Of a stretch of DNA of 64,000 bases, positions 14,719 through 28,413 are shown piece by piece. Every line of letters begins with the position of its first letter. The first letter of the stretch is position 1. Position numbers and translations under genes: made by a program. Where the stretch lies: assembly GCF_009914755.1 (NCBI RefSeq), contig NC_060932.1. One strand, written 5' to 3'. The notes below the pieces were generated by a model that was not told the DNA's origin, did no database searches, and saw nothing but the letters and a program-made list of their open reading frames with translations. The DNA is from the human T2T-CHM13v2.0 reference genome, Homo sapiens.

Positions 14719-15629
14719 GCATCCTGGACTCAAAGTCATTTTACAAGACTGAGTCAGCCCATCACCTTCCTCTAAGAGTAATTCCTCTTTCCCAAGACTA
14801 AAATTACAAACTCTTACTCAGCATCTGTTGTGGATTTATTAGGTGTCAAGCACTGGGGGTAGTCCCTGCCCTCATAAATCCCATTCCACTACAGCTCCCC
14901 TCAGCTCATATCTCTCACTGACACTTCCATTATCTCTACCACCCTGACTGCAAACCGTGCAGTCCTTTGCTATTTGTCCATCTTTCACCTTTCGTTTCTA
15001 CTCAGTCATAGATTTCCAATGAGTGTTTCATGGCATGCTTACTGCATTTCGTGAGACTGCCACGCCTTCCCTGAATTACTGGTGTAGTCTCCTAATGGGT
15101 TTCTCCTTTTCCTGGTCTTTGCCTTCACTTATCTTCTATCTGTTCTGTATACCAAATATTCTGCAAACATAACTTTCACCACGTTACTCACCCTCCTTTC
15201 TCAAGAACCTCTCTTACAGGAAAGGTAAGGATAAATGTGTGTCAGTCTGAGTCACTTAGAAGTGAATTTTATATTTGATGTTTCAACATAGGCAGGGCTT
15301 CACCTGTAGATGAGTATCTGAGGTCTCTCATTGATGAATGTCATATCTTTCCATACAGTCTTCATCACATTGGCTTCTTGGGCTAGCAAGTAGTGTTCAC
15401 ATTTTGAGTTAGGTAAATGTTTGAACTGTTCATTGCTTTGACAACTGCACTTTTTCTCTGTAAGTTTTCTAAAGTTGCATATATAATCATGATCAATCCA
15501 GATCCTAGAAATAATTTAAGTCATAATGGAGTATGAGTCCACCATTGTAAATTTCACTGCCTTAAACTTCTTTTATATATTAAAATTATTTCTAAATTAA
15601 TTTTACTTCTAAATTAAATGTCTCCCTTG

Positions 15630-15830
15630 AGAGGCACTGCAGTGTAGTAGATGAAAACACAGACTCTGAATCTGGAATTTCTGTTTTCAAATACTGGTAC
15701 TGACACCTAGTAAGCTGGATTACTTGGGTGAGCTGTAAACTTTCTGTCCCCAGTTTCTGATTACAACGATACTTATCACCTAGGGTTGATATGAGAATAA
15801 AATGAGTTAATAAATGTACGGTGCATATAT
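15630..15830 (+). mobile_element. MIR SINE
   Basis: Core motifs acagactctgaatc, ctgtccccagtttc and agggttgatatgagaataaaatgagttaata. Confidence 0.75.
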
Positions 15831-17432
15831 CAATTCATATAATAATATAAATGTATGCTCTTAAGAGAATATAAATACAGAAGTCCTATCTTACCTGCCC
15901 TCTCAAATTATGCACTAGGAACCACAAGTCTCATTTGTTAGCTCCACCATTTGCATTTTTTTTTCAAAGCTCACCCTTCACCAGACCCCTCCAATGACAT
16001 CACAATAAAGAAAGAGGCTTGGCACACTCAAACACACCAATTCAGTGGTGATATAAAAATGGTGAAAAAGAGTGCAAATAACTTTTCAGAAGATTGGCTT
16101 GGGGTTTATGGTGTTGCATGTGAATGGGTGAATGCTAAAATAAACCCACGCTAACATGAAGACCAAGCTAGTGCTTGGTGTAGATGAGGAAGATCACAAA
16201 AATGCTGTTTCTCCTGCTTCGGGAAATGCTGACCTCCTTCAGATCAACACGAAAGATCAGGGGCCAGATCTGTCCTTTCCATCAGACAGAATTCCTTATA
16301 TCTGACCTAATCTATGTGCTACAGGCTAGAGTGAAAATATCTCCTTCTCTCTTTCCCTGTCCCCCTTTCTCAATTAATTTCCCAAAACCTGTATGTAAAT
16401 TGATCTTCACAAAAGTAAAAAGAAGAATGACCCAGTATAACTCACTGTTTTGTCATTTCCTCCAGGTTTTCTTTCTTTTTTCCTATTTGTTTTTCCACTG
16501 ATCAATTTTTCTATCCACGAAATTAGAAATCAAAATTCCATGACCTCTAAAATGCTGTCCACATATTGTAATCTGTTGCCATGAGCTTGACACTTGTCAG
16601 GAGTTACAAAGAATATTAAAATTCCCCCTTTCTGGGAATATTTGGTCTAAGTCGGAAAGATAAACAATACAATTAAAACAATACATTGTATTTTTTTTTT
16701 TAACCAAGGAATGTATTTTGCTATGAATGGCAAATAACATAAGAGAAACTGTAAATGTGGTAGAGAGGAAACAATGATTACTAAGATATTTGGGGATTCT
16801 GGAAGAGTTTGCCTGAGCTGAACTCTGGAAATCAGAAGTGAGGGAGAGGAAGAAGGAGAGGAAGGAACATTCTAGGAGGGAAAACTGAACTAGGCATTTT
16901 GTGGGACACCTGGAGGATCACGAGGTTGAGGACATGCCAGGGGGAATTCAGATTTCAGATAAGAGGCTTGTGGAAAAAGTTCAAAGAGGAATATTGAGAC
17001 CACATTATGAGGGATTTTAAATACCAGGCTGGGAGTCTGTGCTCTGCTTTTAGGTTAATGCTTCTCAAAAATTTCCCTAAGGGAGATAGGAATATTGTCT
17101 CATTTGACTGCAAAAATTTTAAAGTTTTATCTAACAATGTATAATGGATTATTTTTAAAGCTAAACTAATGTCCATGAATGTTGCATTCTATTGCATCTT
17201 ATTTATTTTAGTTGTTCTATAACAATTATGATTTTCTTTCATTGAAACTTCCAGAAAAATCCAAGCTGCAGGATATGTCTTTTCTTAGAGCTTTAATTAG
17301 AGCTTTAAGTACCCCCCGATATTTCTAAGAATCCTTGAGGTAAGAGCATTCCAAATAAAAAGCACCAGCCTTAGGCTACAGAAAACCACTATAAATATTT
17401 TGAAAAGAGACTCATACACTAGCTGAAGGTAA

Positions 17433-17740
<308 letters not shown>

Positions 17741-19409
17741 AGGCACACTTTAAAAAGGAAACAAGAGCTGCAGGCAAATGCCAACCTGTTCTGTTCTTGG
17801 GGATCTTTCCTTTTCTTAAGCTTTCCCTATGCAGGACAGAGGTGAAGATCACCACCACAGTCATTGCTAAACATGGACAATCTTTACCTCTTCAAATCAT
17901 TGGCACATACATTATTTCATTTTTATTTCAGCATATTCTTCCAAGAATGGATCAGAGGCCAATAGAGGGCTACACTGGGGAATGTTATTTCCCCACCTGG
18001 AAAAATATATGCATTTTGCTCCTTATTTGAGACCACTGTTTCTTTATTAAAAAGTCAAAAGTTTATTTGAGAATGATTCTATCTTGTTAAATAATAAATT
18101 TTCGGGTACAGATCTTCACTCTGCAACAATGAGGCCTTTCTTATTTGGTGAGATAATACTACTTTCCCTTAATTTACTTGTTTGAACCTGGCTGAAAACA
18201 TTGCAATTGAGACTTTTCCTGCATGTTGGCTGGGCCCAGCTTCTGAGAGCGGGACAGGGATGGTTCCTTGGAAGGGTGGATGTTCTTGAGGCTGTGGGAG
18301 AAATTAATTCTCAAAACAGGGTGTCCATGTTGCCTGTGCTTTTGACTGACAACCTTGATTTACATGATTTACGTTGCTTTGATGTCTAGCATATGATATC
18401 TTTTCATGATTTACAACTGGGGATATAAGGCACTACAGGGATGTTCATGTTTCTTCTTATTGCTATTTCTTTTTCATCCATGCAGTGACCCCAAACCTAG
18501 CAAATGGTATAGGCTGAAACTCTGGATGTGGGCAAGAGAAGGGGGTAGGGGGAGTTGTCTTATTTGAGACCCATGACCTTTGAGTTGGAAACTTCTCTTA
18601 TAAATAGGTAATTATAAAAGTTGTGATTTAATGGGGGCCCTGAAAGGCTCTCTGACCCCAAATATCTCTCTCTGCCTACCTGCCAAGAATCTGCCAAAAT
18701 TAAGTCTTTCATAAGTCTCTTATTAAGGCATAAATACTTTGGGGCATTTATGGAGGACTTGGGGAGGTGATGTTGAGGTTAAAACCCAAGTTGATTTTAG
18801 CCCCGTCATGGAATCTTAGAAACTTTTAGGAGCCTAATAAATAAGAGGTCAATCTATTCAAAGTTCCACCTAGGACAAAAATGCTTTGTAATTGCTAAAA
18901 GTTATTCACCCAGCTTCAGACAAGCAGAGTAAAGACCTAGAAATTCACCAAGTGATGAAGCAATTTCTTCCATTATTACACCATAATAATGGTATTTGTT
19001 TAACAATTATTATACTATGCAACTCTCAGCACACTTGTTCATCTATATTACTTATTTACTTCTGTGTGTTGAGCCCAAATCTGCCAACATGTGACTTCCA
19101 TCCTTTGATCTCATTTTCTGGGAGCAACACAAAAAAAATGTGGCTTCCTTGAAAGTTCTTCATGTATTTAAAGATCACTCTCAAGCCTGCAGTCAACCTG
19201 GAGTAGGCAGATGAAGCAGCTGGGGAAAAGACCTCTTGACCTACCAACAAACAGTAAGCACTTAGGGGAACAAATGAAAAACTATATGTGCATAAGGTTA
19301 CTTATAGAAGCTTGAATAGAAAAAAAATCACAATAACTTAGATGACCATCACTGGGAGATTAGTTAAGAAAATTACCATGTATGTTTATCATGTGATGTG
19401 GTGCAACTA

Positions 19410-20622
19410 CAGTCACATGTTACCCAACAATAGGGCTATGTTCTGAGAAACGTATTAATGGGTGATTTTATCCTTGTGCAAACATCAGAGTGTACTTACA
19501 CAAACCTGCATAGCATGGCCTACTACACACCTTGGTTATAAGGTATAGCCTATTGTTCCCAAGCTACAAACCTGTACGGCATGTTTCTTTACTTAATACT
19601 ATAGGTAATTGTAATACAATGGTAAGTATTTGTTTATCTAAAATACACAAATTGTCTATGTATAGGACACTTACTACGAACGGAACTTGCAGGACTGGAA
19701 GTTGCTCTGGGTGAGTGAGTGAGCGAATGAGTGAGTGAATGTGAAGGTCTAGGACACTCCAATACCCTACCATAGATGTTACAAACACTGTGTGCTTCGG
19801 CTACACTAAATTATTTTTAAAATTTTATTTCCTCAATGATAAGTTAACTATGGGCACATATTCTCAGGGCCTCCTGGGGCTGTGTCATGGGCAAAAAAAA
19901 ATCTTAAGTAATAATAATAATAAATTAACCTTAGCTTACATTTTTACTTCATGAACTTTTAAATTTTATTTAACTTTTTCGTAATAACACTCAGCTTAAA
20001 ACATAAACACATTGCAGAGCTGTACAAAAATGCTTTCTTTCTTTATATCCTTATTTTATAAGCTTTCTATTTTAATTTTTTATTTTGATTTTTTACTTGT
20101 TAAACATTTTTGTTAAAAACTAAGACACAAACACACACATTAGCCTAGGCCTACACAAGGTCAGGATCATCAATATCACTGTCTTCCACCTCCACACCTT
20201 GTCCCACGGGAAGGTCTTTAGGGGCAATAACACGCATGAAGCTGTCATCTCTTGTGATAGCAATGCCTTTTTCTGAAATCCGTTTTGAAGGACTTGCCTC
20301 AAACTTTTTGCACATAGAAGGAGTATGCCCTAACATAACAATAAAATGTATAGAACAGTAAATGCATAAGCCAGTAACATAGTCATTTATTATCATTACC
20401 AAACATTACACACTGTACATGATGGTATGTGCTGGAGTTTTACACAACTGGCGGTACCAGCATCACCACAAACACATGAGTAATGCATTGCTCTACAATC
20501 TTATAACAGCTACATGGTCAGTAGGTGACAGAAATGTTTACAACTCTACCATAATTTTACGGGACTACCTTCATAAATGTAATCTGTCATTGACCAAAAC
20601 ATCATTATGTGATGGATGACTG
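19410..20622 (+). mobile_element. Tigger3b (Golem/MER7) non-autonomous TcMar DNA transposon
   Basis: Terminal inverted ends cagtca...tgactg with a TA TSD on both sides (19408-19409 / 20623-20624). Carries Tigger3 motifs gagtgtacttacacaaacct and gctacaaacctgtac. Strand is nominal. Confidence 0.88.
19849..19915 (+). mobile_element. Micro-retrocopy: ~44 nt of MER4-type LTR sequence plus A-tail, TSD-flanked
   Basis: 31/37 identity to the reverse complement of 6558-6594. A9 at 19893-19901. 14-bp TSD aat(g/a)ataa(g/a)ttaac (19835-19848 / 19916-19929). Confidence 0.8.
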
Positions 20623-21053
20623 TATTAAAAATGAGGATGTAATGATACATTTTTGACCAGAAAAATATTCATGGCATATTGAGTAAAAGAAACTGTTCAT
20701 AAAACAGGTATATGATTCTATTTGGAAAAATTATAAACATATATATATATCCATTTTTATAAATATGCAAGAAGGGATAATTAATAACTAACCTATGGTT
20801 AATATTGAATGGCATTTGGATGGTGGGATTGGAAATATTTTCTTGAATTTTTCTTCTTTATATATGTCAACAGAAACCCTTTATGATTTTTTTTCCCAAA
20901 AGCAATATAGCTATTTTCAAAATAAAACGAGAACAAATGACTGCTTAGTGCGCAGTTGGTATTCAGTACACATTCATTGAACTGAAACTGGAAGGTGAAA
21001 ATAAAACATTACCTAAGTCCTGTAAGAACAAAGAGAGAGAGAGAAAAAGAGTG

Positions 21054-21101
<48 letters not shown>

Positions 21102-21117
21102 CTGAGAGAGAGAGAGC
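21054..21117. repeat. (TG)n/(GA)n microsatellite
   Basis: Read directly. Confidence 0.95.
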
Positions 21118-22149
21118 TTGAAAAATAAAAGAAAAATTTGTTCAGGGTGGCCTAAAAGGAACAATGGAAACAAATTAAGTAAAATGTCAAAGCTGAATTA
21201 AAAAGATAAAATTCCCAATGAGAGATAATCTGGATGGTGGAACTGAACTGCATAGGAAGTAAGCAAGAGCTTCCAAAACTCAAACTATTGTTTGAGTTTT
21301 GGAAAAACAAAAACAAAACTAAAACTTTTCCAGTTTCTGAAAGTTGACCTTTCAGAAACCCATCTTCATTTCTTCCATTTGTTCTAAGGATACTGAAAAG
21401 GGTCAAAATTATGTGTCGGATTTCTCCTACATGGCTTAAGCCTAAAGTGAAGCATCTCCGTGTAGAAGAGTGGCCACTCTGGGACTAATCTGGGCACAGC
21501 ACAGCCTTTCCTCCCAGTGGAATGTGTTCTTTGTCAGATTCTAGCCTCAGGCCTTTGCAGCTGGCTGTGCCCCAGTCTGTTGGGTACATCATGGAAAATG
21601 AGATCCTGTATTAGCCACATGTGGGCTGTATTTGAACAGTATGTTATGGCCTCCTGCCTGTGTGTAGGTTTTGAGAAGGTCAAGACACATCTGGTTCTAG
21701 TCTATCCTCACAGTTGGAGCAGGAAGAAAGTGGGTTCTGAAGATACTGGTTTCTGACCACTAAGGAGGGGGCTGTGAGGTTGTCTTTTATAGACTGAGTA
21801 CATAAAAGCATTTTAACATTTCTTCTTTCTCCTTTTTATTAACGAAAGCTGGTCTTTGAAACTCACGTTTCAAGCCACAAATATAAAACCCCAAACCAAC
21901 CCTTGGCACTGGACTCATTATCCAGGCTCATCACAGCACCTTAAGACATGATAGTACTCTATTTGGAAATATGTAGCCCCTGACCTCAGGTCCAAAAGTC
22001 TTCCCATGCCCCAACAATCTCAAGCCCCCCCAAAATAAATAAATAAACAAAAACAAAAAACCCATTTTTTTAGTTGACACTGCTTGCTCTATAACTGTAA
22101 TCATATTTTTACACCCCCAGTTTCTCCTTGCCTCTGCTCATTTCTTACT

Positions 22150-23170
22150 GTGACCTGCATTCAACATCTTCATTTCGCCGCCTGTCTTCAATCTACCTTC
22201 AACTGCTATGCTCTGACTTTCACCCTGACCACCCCATTAAATTCAGCTGCTCCATCCAAGGGGGCTTATTCTCAAATTCCACATCCATCTTTGACATCGG
22301 TGAAATGTTTGACTCTGGTATCCATCTACTTCTTGAAGCTCTTCTACCTGTTTCCATAACATTGCATCATCCTGCTTCTCCTCCTATTTCTCTTCCTTTT
22401 CCTTCACTCTGCCTTCATGACACATTTTTCTCTTTCACTACAGGTCTTCATAATCCCCTCTGCTCTTCTTGTTCATTCTAATTCCCTTGGAGAATTAGCC
22501 ACTATCAATATATCAATATTTTTACATAGATTGTACCATTCCACTCATAGTACTCACCAAATACATCTAGCTGAATGTTGCATGTCATCAGAAACTTAAC
22601 ATGCCTAAATCAAACTGGTCTCCTCACCCGAACCCATACTCAGATTACAAATTCATTCCCAGTGGTCTTGCTCTTACTACCATCTTCTCAATCTTGAAGG
22701 ACAGAACCTTTATGATTATATTTTATTTTTCCAACTCCTTCTTTTATATGTCTGTATTTCCCTCAAAATCTTCTTCTTTCTTTGAAATTACCATTCAAGT
22801 GATCTCCCTGTCCATCTCTCCTTTCAGGTCACAGGTCTGTAATTTTGAAATACAGCATGTGCACAAAAGAGAGTATAAAATTCATGTGTCTAATTACAAG
22901 AGTAAACAACAAAATGAACACCAGTGAATTGACTGCCAGATTAAGGTATTGAACATTTTCAGAACAATGCTGCAGTTGTGAGTTACTCCAAAAGTTTGTC
23001 CTCTCTGCATACGATTCAACTGGTACACTGCAGTCAGACTAATTCTCTTGAAATACTACCTGTATTGAATTATTCTATTTCTCAAGAACATATGATGATT
23101 TACTTTTGGTAAGTGAAAACTGCTAAGTTTTCAGTGTAGTTTTCAAGGCTGTCAAATATCCAACCCTGTC
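22150..23170 (+). mobile_element. L2 fragment (interrupted at 22843-22965)
   Basis: Pyrimidine-rich text with L2-like motifs aacatgcctaaatcaaact and cacactgcagtcaga-like. Degenerate. Confidence 0.5.
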
Positions 23171-24744
23171 CAATTGCTTCTACTTTTTAATTTAGTAGCC
23201 CACCGCAGAAATCAAGTCAGACTATACACTCTGTGTGTTTTGGTAGACTCGTCTTGGCTAGTTTCTTATATCTTTGCTGCTGAGACTCTAGAACCTTTTG
23301 CCTAAGCATCTTTGATAATAGGATGGGACTTAGTCCAAGTAGTAGAACACTTCTCTCATGATTTTCTCAGGGCTTGGGGTGGCTTTAAACTCATTAACCA
23401 GTAAGAAGGAATTTTACTTAAAAGCTGTAGAAAATAAATCTAAATAGGGAGTAAACTGATTTCATCTTACTTTTTGCCTGAAGCTTTCGTGTATAAATCA
23501 CGGCAGAAATTTCATATGAATAAAGCATTTCCTTCCTCGCATCTGAATTTGCATTGACTTAAAAATGAAACTAACCACAATAATGTGAGTTGTTGGAGGA
23601 AAAAAAATCTAATTCAAAAGCTGTTTAATAATAATGTCTTTACTCATTTATTTTCTCAGTAGGGAATGAGTATCACAAACACTTTTCTGTTTTTATCCCC
23701 GAAACTAATCTCCATTGCTAGGTCAATCTCAAGGGGACTCTATGCACATATGTACTGGGGAAGTTTCTGTTTAGAAACCAGATATAACGCCAAACTTCAT
23801 CCTGCTTTGGTTTTTATAAGCATCCCACGTTGTTGTGATAACTGAGATAAACTGAATTTTTTCTTCGCTTTTGAAAGCCAGAATGACAAAAATATGGTAA
23901 ATATTTTAAAGCTAGATTTTAAGGTTGTTTCCCAAGCTGGCAGGAGTCTTGATGTTGCATCAACTGCACTTTAACATTTCCTGTAAGTGATTAAAGACTC
24001 TTTTTAGAAGATAATAATTACTTATTAAAACCACTCTTGGTTCACAAATTGATTTGAGACGGCAAGCAAGGTTTTTTTTTTTTTTTTTTTTGCAAAATGA
24101 GGCTCAATAATCTGGGCAGTCTTTCACAATTTTTGTTCTGATTAAATTGTCCCATAAAATATTGACTGCTAGCGTGTACCACTTTCCTACATCCCTGGGA
24201 ATATCTGAAACAAAAGATGATGAGTTCTGCCTTACAATCCTAATATGAAATTAAATAAGAGATGAAATAGTATGTAAAACATATTGAACACTGTATTGAC
24301 AGAATCCCGTGGGACATTGTTCACCATGCCCACCATCATTCACTCTTCCCCTTCGCCATTCATTTTATTTTGAAATACATCTTGAGTACAGAAGAGTGTA
24401 TAAAATCTTTGTGTATAATCACAAGAGTAAACAATAAAATGAACACCTGTACCTTGACTGCCAGATTAAGGTATTGACCATTCGCAGAACCTAAGAAATC
24501 CCCTGAGTGTACTTCCCTTTCATTGTTCTCTTCTTGGGCTGGGTTGTGAAACCTCAGGATGCACTTGCTTCCTCAGGCCTCTTCTGCGTAAGATTATTTC
24601 TGGAAGCGGCCTGATAAAACTCTTATTGGCATTCCCATCTAACATCTACCTCTCTTTGTGTGCTGGCTTTTTCTCCAAGTGCTCAGACCACAGTTGTGCC
24701 ACATTCCGCCTTCTAGACATCCAATCCCACCTATTTTGCATCTA

Positions 24745-25525
24745 TATCAGTCAGGGTTCCAGCAAGAAATAGATAGCACATTCACATTTTGAGGATAATT
24801 TTTAATAGAAATCTTTTGTTTGTTTGTTTTAGAGGTCTGAACAGAATTTAGGGAAATCAATAGAAAAATCATATATTATCCCTGGGCTAGCAGTGGAGGA
24901 GAAGCCATACCATCCTGCTATGAAAGGGGTAAAGAATAGAGTGGCTTCTGGCCGGGTGCAGTGGCTTACACCTGTAATCCCAGTACTTTGGGAGGCCGAG
25001 GCTGGCAGATCATGAGGTCAGGAGATCGAGACCATCCCGGGTAACACAGTGAAACCCCGTCTCTACTAAAAATACAAAAAAATTAGCTGGGCGTGGTGGC
25101 GGGCGCCTGTAGTCCCAGCTACTCAGGAGGCTGAGGCAGAAGAATGGCATGAACCTGGGAGGCGGAGCTTGCAGTGAGCCGAGATGCCGCGACTGCACTC
25201 CAGCCTGGGTGACAGAGCAAGACTCCGTTTCAAAAAAAAAAAAAAAAAAAAAATAGAGTGGCTTCCGCAGCCCAGACCTGAGGAGCACAGCACAGCCTGA
25301 AATGGCTCGTAGCCTTTTGCAGAGACACAGTCTTGCTGGCAGGGAAAGACTCATGGGGTGCCTTGATCTCTTGATGCCTACTCCTCACCCCAGTGAGAGT
25401 CCAAATGAATGAGAGAGGGCAAGGGAAGCCTTCCATGCAGCCATAGACCAGCCTCCTGGGCCATTAAGCAGGTGGGTATGAGTGGGGAATAAATCTGGAG
25501 GAGTCCATGGAAGCCATCCATCACA
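24745..25525 (-). mobile_element. Old ERVL-type LTR (LTR16/LTR33-like), interrupted by AluY
   Basis: tatatcagtcagggttccagcaagaaatagatagcaca start, typical of antisense ERVL LTRs. Subfamily is uncertain. Confidence 0.5.
24950..25252 (+). mobile_element. AluY
   Basis: Y diagnostics gagatcgagaccatcccgg, agaatggcatgaacc and gcggagcttgcag. TSD aatagagtggcttc. Confidence 0.95.
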
Positions 25526-26269
25526 GCTTCTAAGGCATCAGTAACAGAGGAGCTTCAGAAAACATCCCTAGCCCTAGTATCTTCAAAAGGAAGGGAGACT
25601 GGCTGATCCATCTCACTTATTTTCCTATGTTGTTTGTTTTAATTTAATATCTGATTCCCACCTCTCTTGAGATCCTCCAAAGACCCCTCTGCCCCTTGTC
25701 CTGCAACCTGATCCTCTGAATACAAAACTGCTACATGGCATCTTTTAACATATGTCTGGCCAGAGAGTACCCATCTTTTAAGGCCCATATCAGATTATAT
25801 TATTTTCTGGGGAACTTTGTTAATGACATATCCCCAGAAATGTCTTTTACTCTCAACTCTTCTTGCACCTATAATCCAAATCCATGTTCTCCAAAATTTT
25901 TGATCACAGAGCCTCTGAAGAAAAAAAAAATTAAGCATAGTTTTCTGGTCTATGTTTAGTCATATGTTTATAAATTATATGCATGTGCAGTTCTAATATA
26001 TGCATTATTTTAAAGGACACATAATTCGACCTTGAAATAATAAATTAATATGAATAAAAGTTCAAGCTCTTTTTTTCACTCACCTCAATCAGTCTTCCCC
26101 ACTTTGGTAACTTGATCTTCCTCCATCTCTAGTGCTTATTTCTATTCTTTCGTGTTTATGATTTTTTGAGCTTCCTTCACAATGAAAAGTTCTAGACTAT
26201 TATAATCATGTTTTTATAAAAATGAAGTGGTTTATAAAAGTGTCAATATGTGGTAAGGGTGGTAAGTTT

Positions 26270-26452
26270 ATGTGTGTGTGTGTGCGTTTGAAACTTTTTT
26301 GTCACTTGTGTGGGGGAATGTGTGTGTGTGCCTGCGTTCACCTGTCCTTGAGTGGGGTGTGTGTGTGTGCCTGTGTTCACCTGTACTTGTGTGTGTATGT
26401 GTGTGTGTTTGTGTGTGTGCATGTGTGCCTGCTTTCACCTGTACTTGTGTAC
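26270..26452. repeat. (TG)n-based compound minisatellite
   Basis: Three copies of tgtgtgcctg..ttcacctgt.cttg separated by variable TG tracts. Confidence 0.85.
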
Positions 26453-26939
26453 TGGGTTGCTACATAAAATGGGCTTATTTCTGTGAGTATTGTTTTAAAA
26501 TCTGGAGAAATGCTGCCCCAGAAAATGTCTGTGAAAACTCTGCACTCAAAGTTTAGAAAGAATAATGGAAAAGGTGTCTTTTCTGCTACTACTATAGAGT
26601 CAGCTTCAGGCTAGTAGTGAGAGTCCATGCTCTTCTTTAGTAAGCATCCAAGGCCTCCTAAAATTTTGGACTCAATTTTATTCCAATCAAAATGTTTATT
26701 TCCTCACATCTATTTAGTTTAGAGGCATGCCACATGGGACTAAGATGATATGCAAAATAAATCCCCATTAACTGACTAAAGTGTGACCATGTGTGAACAT
26801 ACTTTCTTTCCAAAAAAGGAATCTCAAAATGTTAAAGATGAAAGGCTATTAATTTCCTTCTTAGATTAAAGATCTTTCTATCCACCCTGCCTCTAATTTC
26901 TTTTGGGAAAATAACATTTGTTGTCTTCTCTGACTCTAA

Positions 26940-27817
26940 AGGTTATTTGCGTTTCACATAAGAAATAGAAAAATAAAAGAATAAAGAAAAACAAAGAAAT
27001 TAAATGTGTTTCCATACCTAGAGATACCTGGTATTAAAATTTTAGCTTATGCTTCCAGTAATTTTTTAATGTATAACATCTTTTATACCTACTAGGAATC
27101 ATACTTCAGTTTTGAAATCTTCCTTTTGTTCTTAATATATCATGGACATATGTCCATAGGCTAATTATACTTGGAGAAGATGATGTTGATCACTGTATAA
27201 TAAATATTTCATCATAAAGGTGTCTTATAATTTAAGAATTTTCATATAGTTAAAAGGTTACATTGTTTCCAGTTTTCACTGCAATGAACACTCATTTTCA
27301 ACAGCATCTTTGCATATCTCTTATGTAATATAAATTCTTCAAAGTACAATTTCTGTTTCAAAAATATAAAACTTAAAAAAATTACTCAAGTTTATTATCA
27401 TATTGCTATCCAATTGTTACTATAAGGAAAGAAGGAGCTAAAGAATAGAGTGGTTTCTGCAGCGCAGAACTGAAGAGCATGCTGCAGCTTGAAATGGCTC
27501 ATGCCTTTTGCAGAGACACAGTCTTGCTGGCAGGGAGAAACTCATGGGGTATCCTGATCTCTTGATGCCTACTCCTCACCCCAGTGAGAGTCCAAATGAA
27601 AGAGAGGGGGCAAGAGAAGGCTTTCATGCAGTCATGGACCAGCCTCCTGACATTAAATGAAGATTGCATCATTTTTATATACTTGTCAATTGGGTAAATA
27701 AAAATTGCTAAATATTTTACCAATCACATTTATTTGATTGCTAGTGATGTTGAACACTTTTCCAAAATTTTTATTGGCTATTTGCATTTCTCCTTTTTTA
27801 AGTTGCTTGTTACATAT
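26940..27817 (-). mobile_element. Old L1 (L1ME-like) ORF2-end/3' fragment
   Basis: Antisense L1 motifs cattgtttccagttttc and tagtgatgttgaacactttt...ttggctatttgcatttctcc. It continues past the LTR at 28414. Confidence 0.55.
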
Positions 27818-28413
27818 TAATACAGGGTTAAGAAATCTTGTAGGCAGATAGTAAGGGTATGGGAGTCCTACATAAGCCTTTCCTTTTTAATGAAAAGCAG
27901 CCCCAAATCATTGTCTAACAAAGAGCAGCCTGTAAAGTCAATCTGCAGACATAGACAAGCAAGCTGAGAGCTTGCACGGTGAATGCCAGCAGGAACTAAG
28001 GACTAGACATGTTGTAGATGGCAGCTCCATCTTCCCTTCCTTTTGTCAGTCACTTGTACTATAAGGAGCAAACAAGATGGCCCGGATCAACTGGAAAGTC
28101 CATTTGCATAATATAAGATTAGGGTGGGGTGACCAGCCTTCCTCGCATGCTATGTAAACATCATACCTGATTGAACCAATCTGTCAGCCCTGTGTAAATC
28201 AGACACCACCTCCTCAAGCTCGACTATAAAATCCCGTGCATCTGCTACTATCTGGTCCTTTCCACTTGGAGACCCCTTACTCTATCTCCTTCTCTTCTCT
28301 TCTGCCTATTAAACCTCCACTCCTAAACTCTTCGTGTGTGTCCATGTCCTAAATTTTCCTGGCAGGCAACAACGAACCCCAGGGCATATATCTCAGACAA
28401 CATAGCTGCTTCA
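27818..28413 (+). mobile_element. Solo ERV1 LTR, LTR9-like
   Basis: (tg)atacagg...taggcagatagt...cttttaatgaaaagcagcccc. TATA ctataaaa, ATTAAA, end gctgcttca, imperfect TSD atat/atac. Confidence 0.82.

Noticed and set aside
15184-15230. Possible micro-exon (ttacag|gaaag|gtaagg)
   Set aside because: Splice-like motifs arise often by chance, and there is no partner exon or reading frame.
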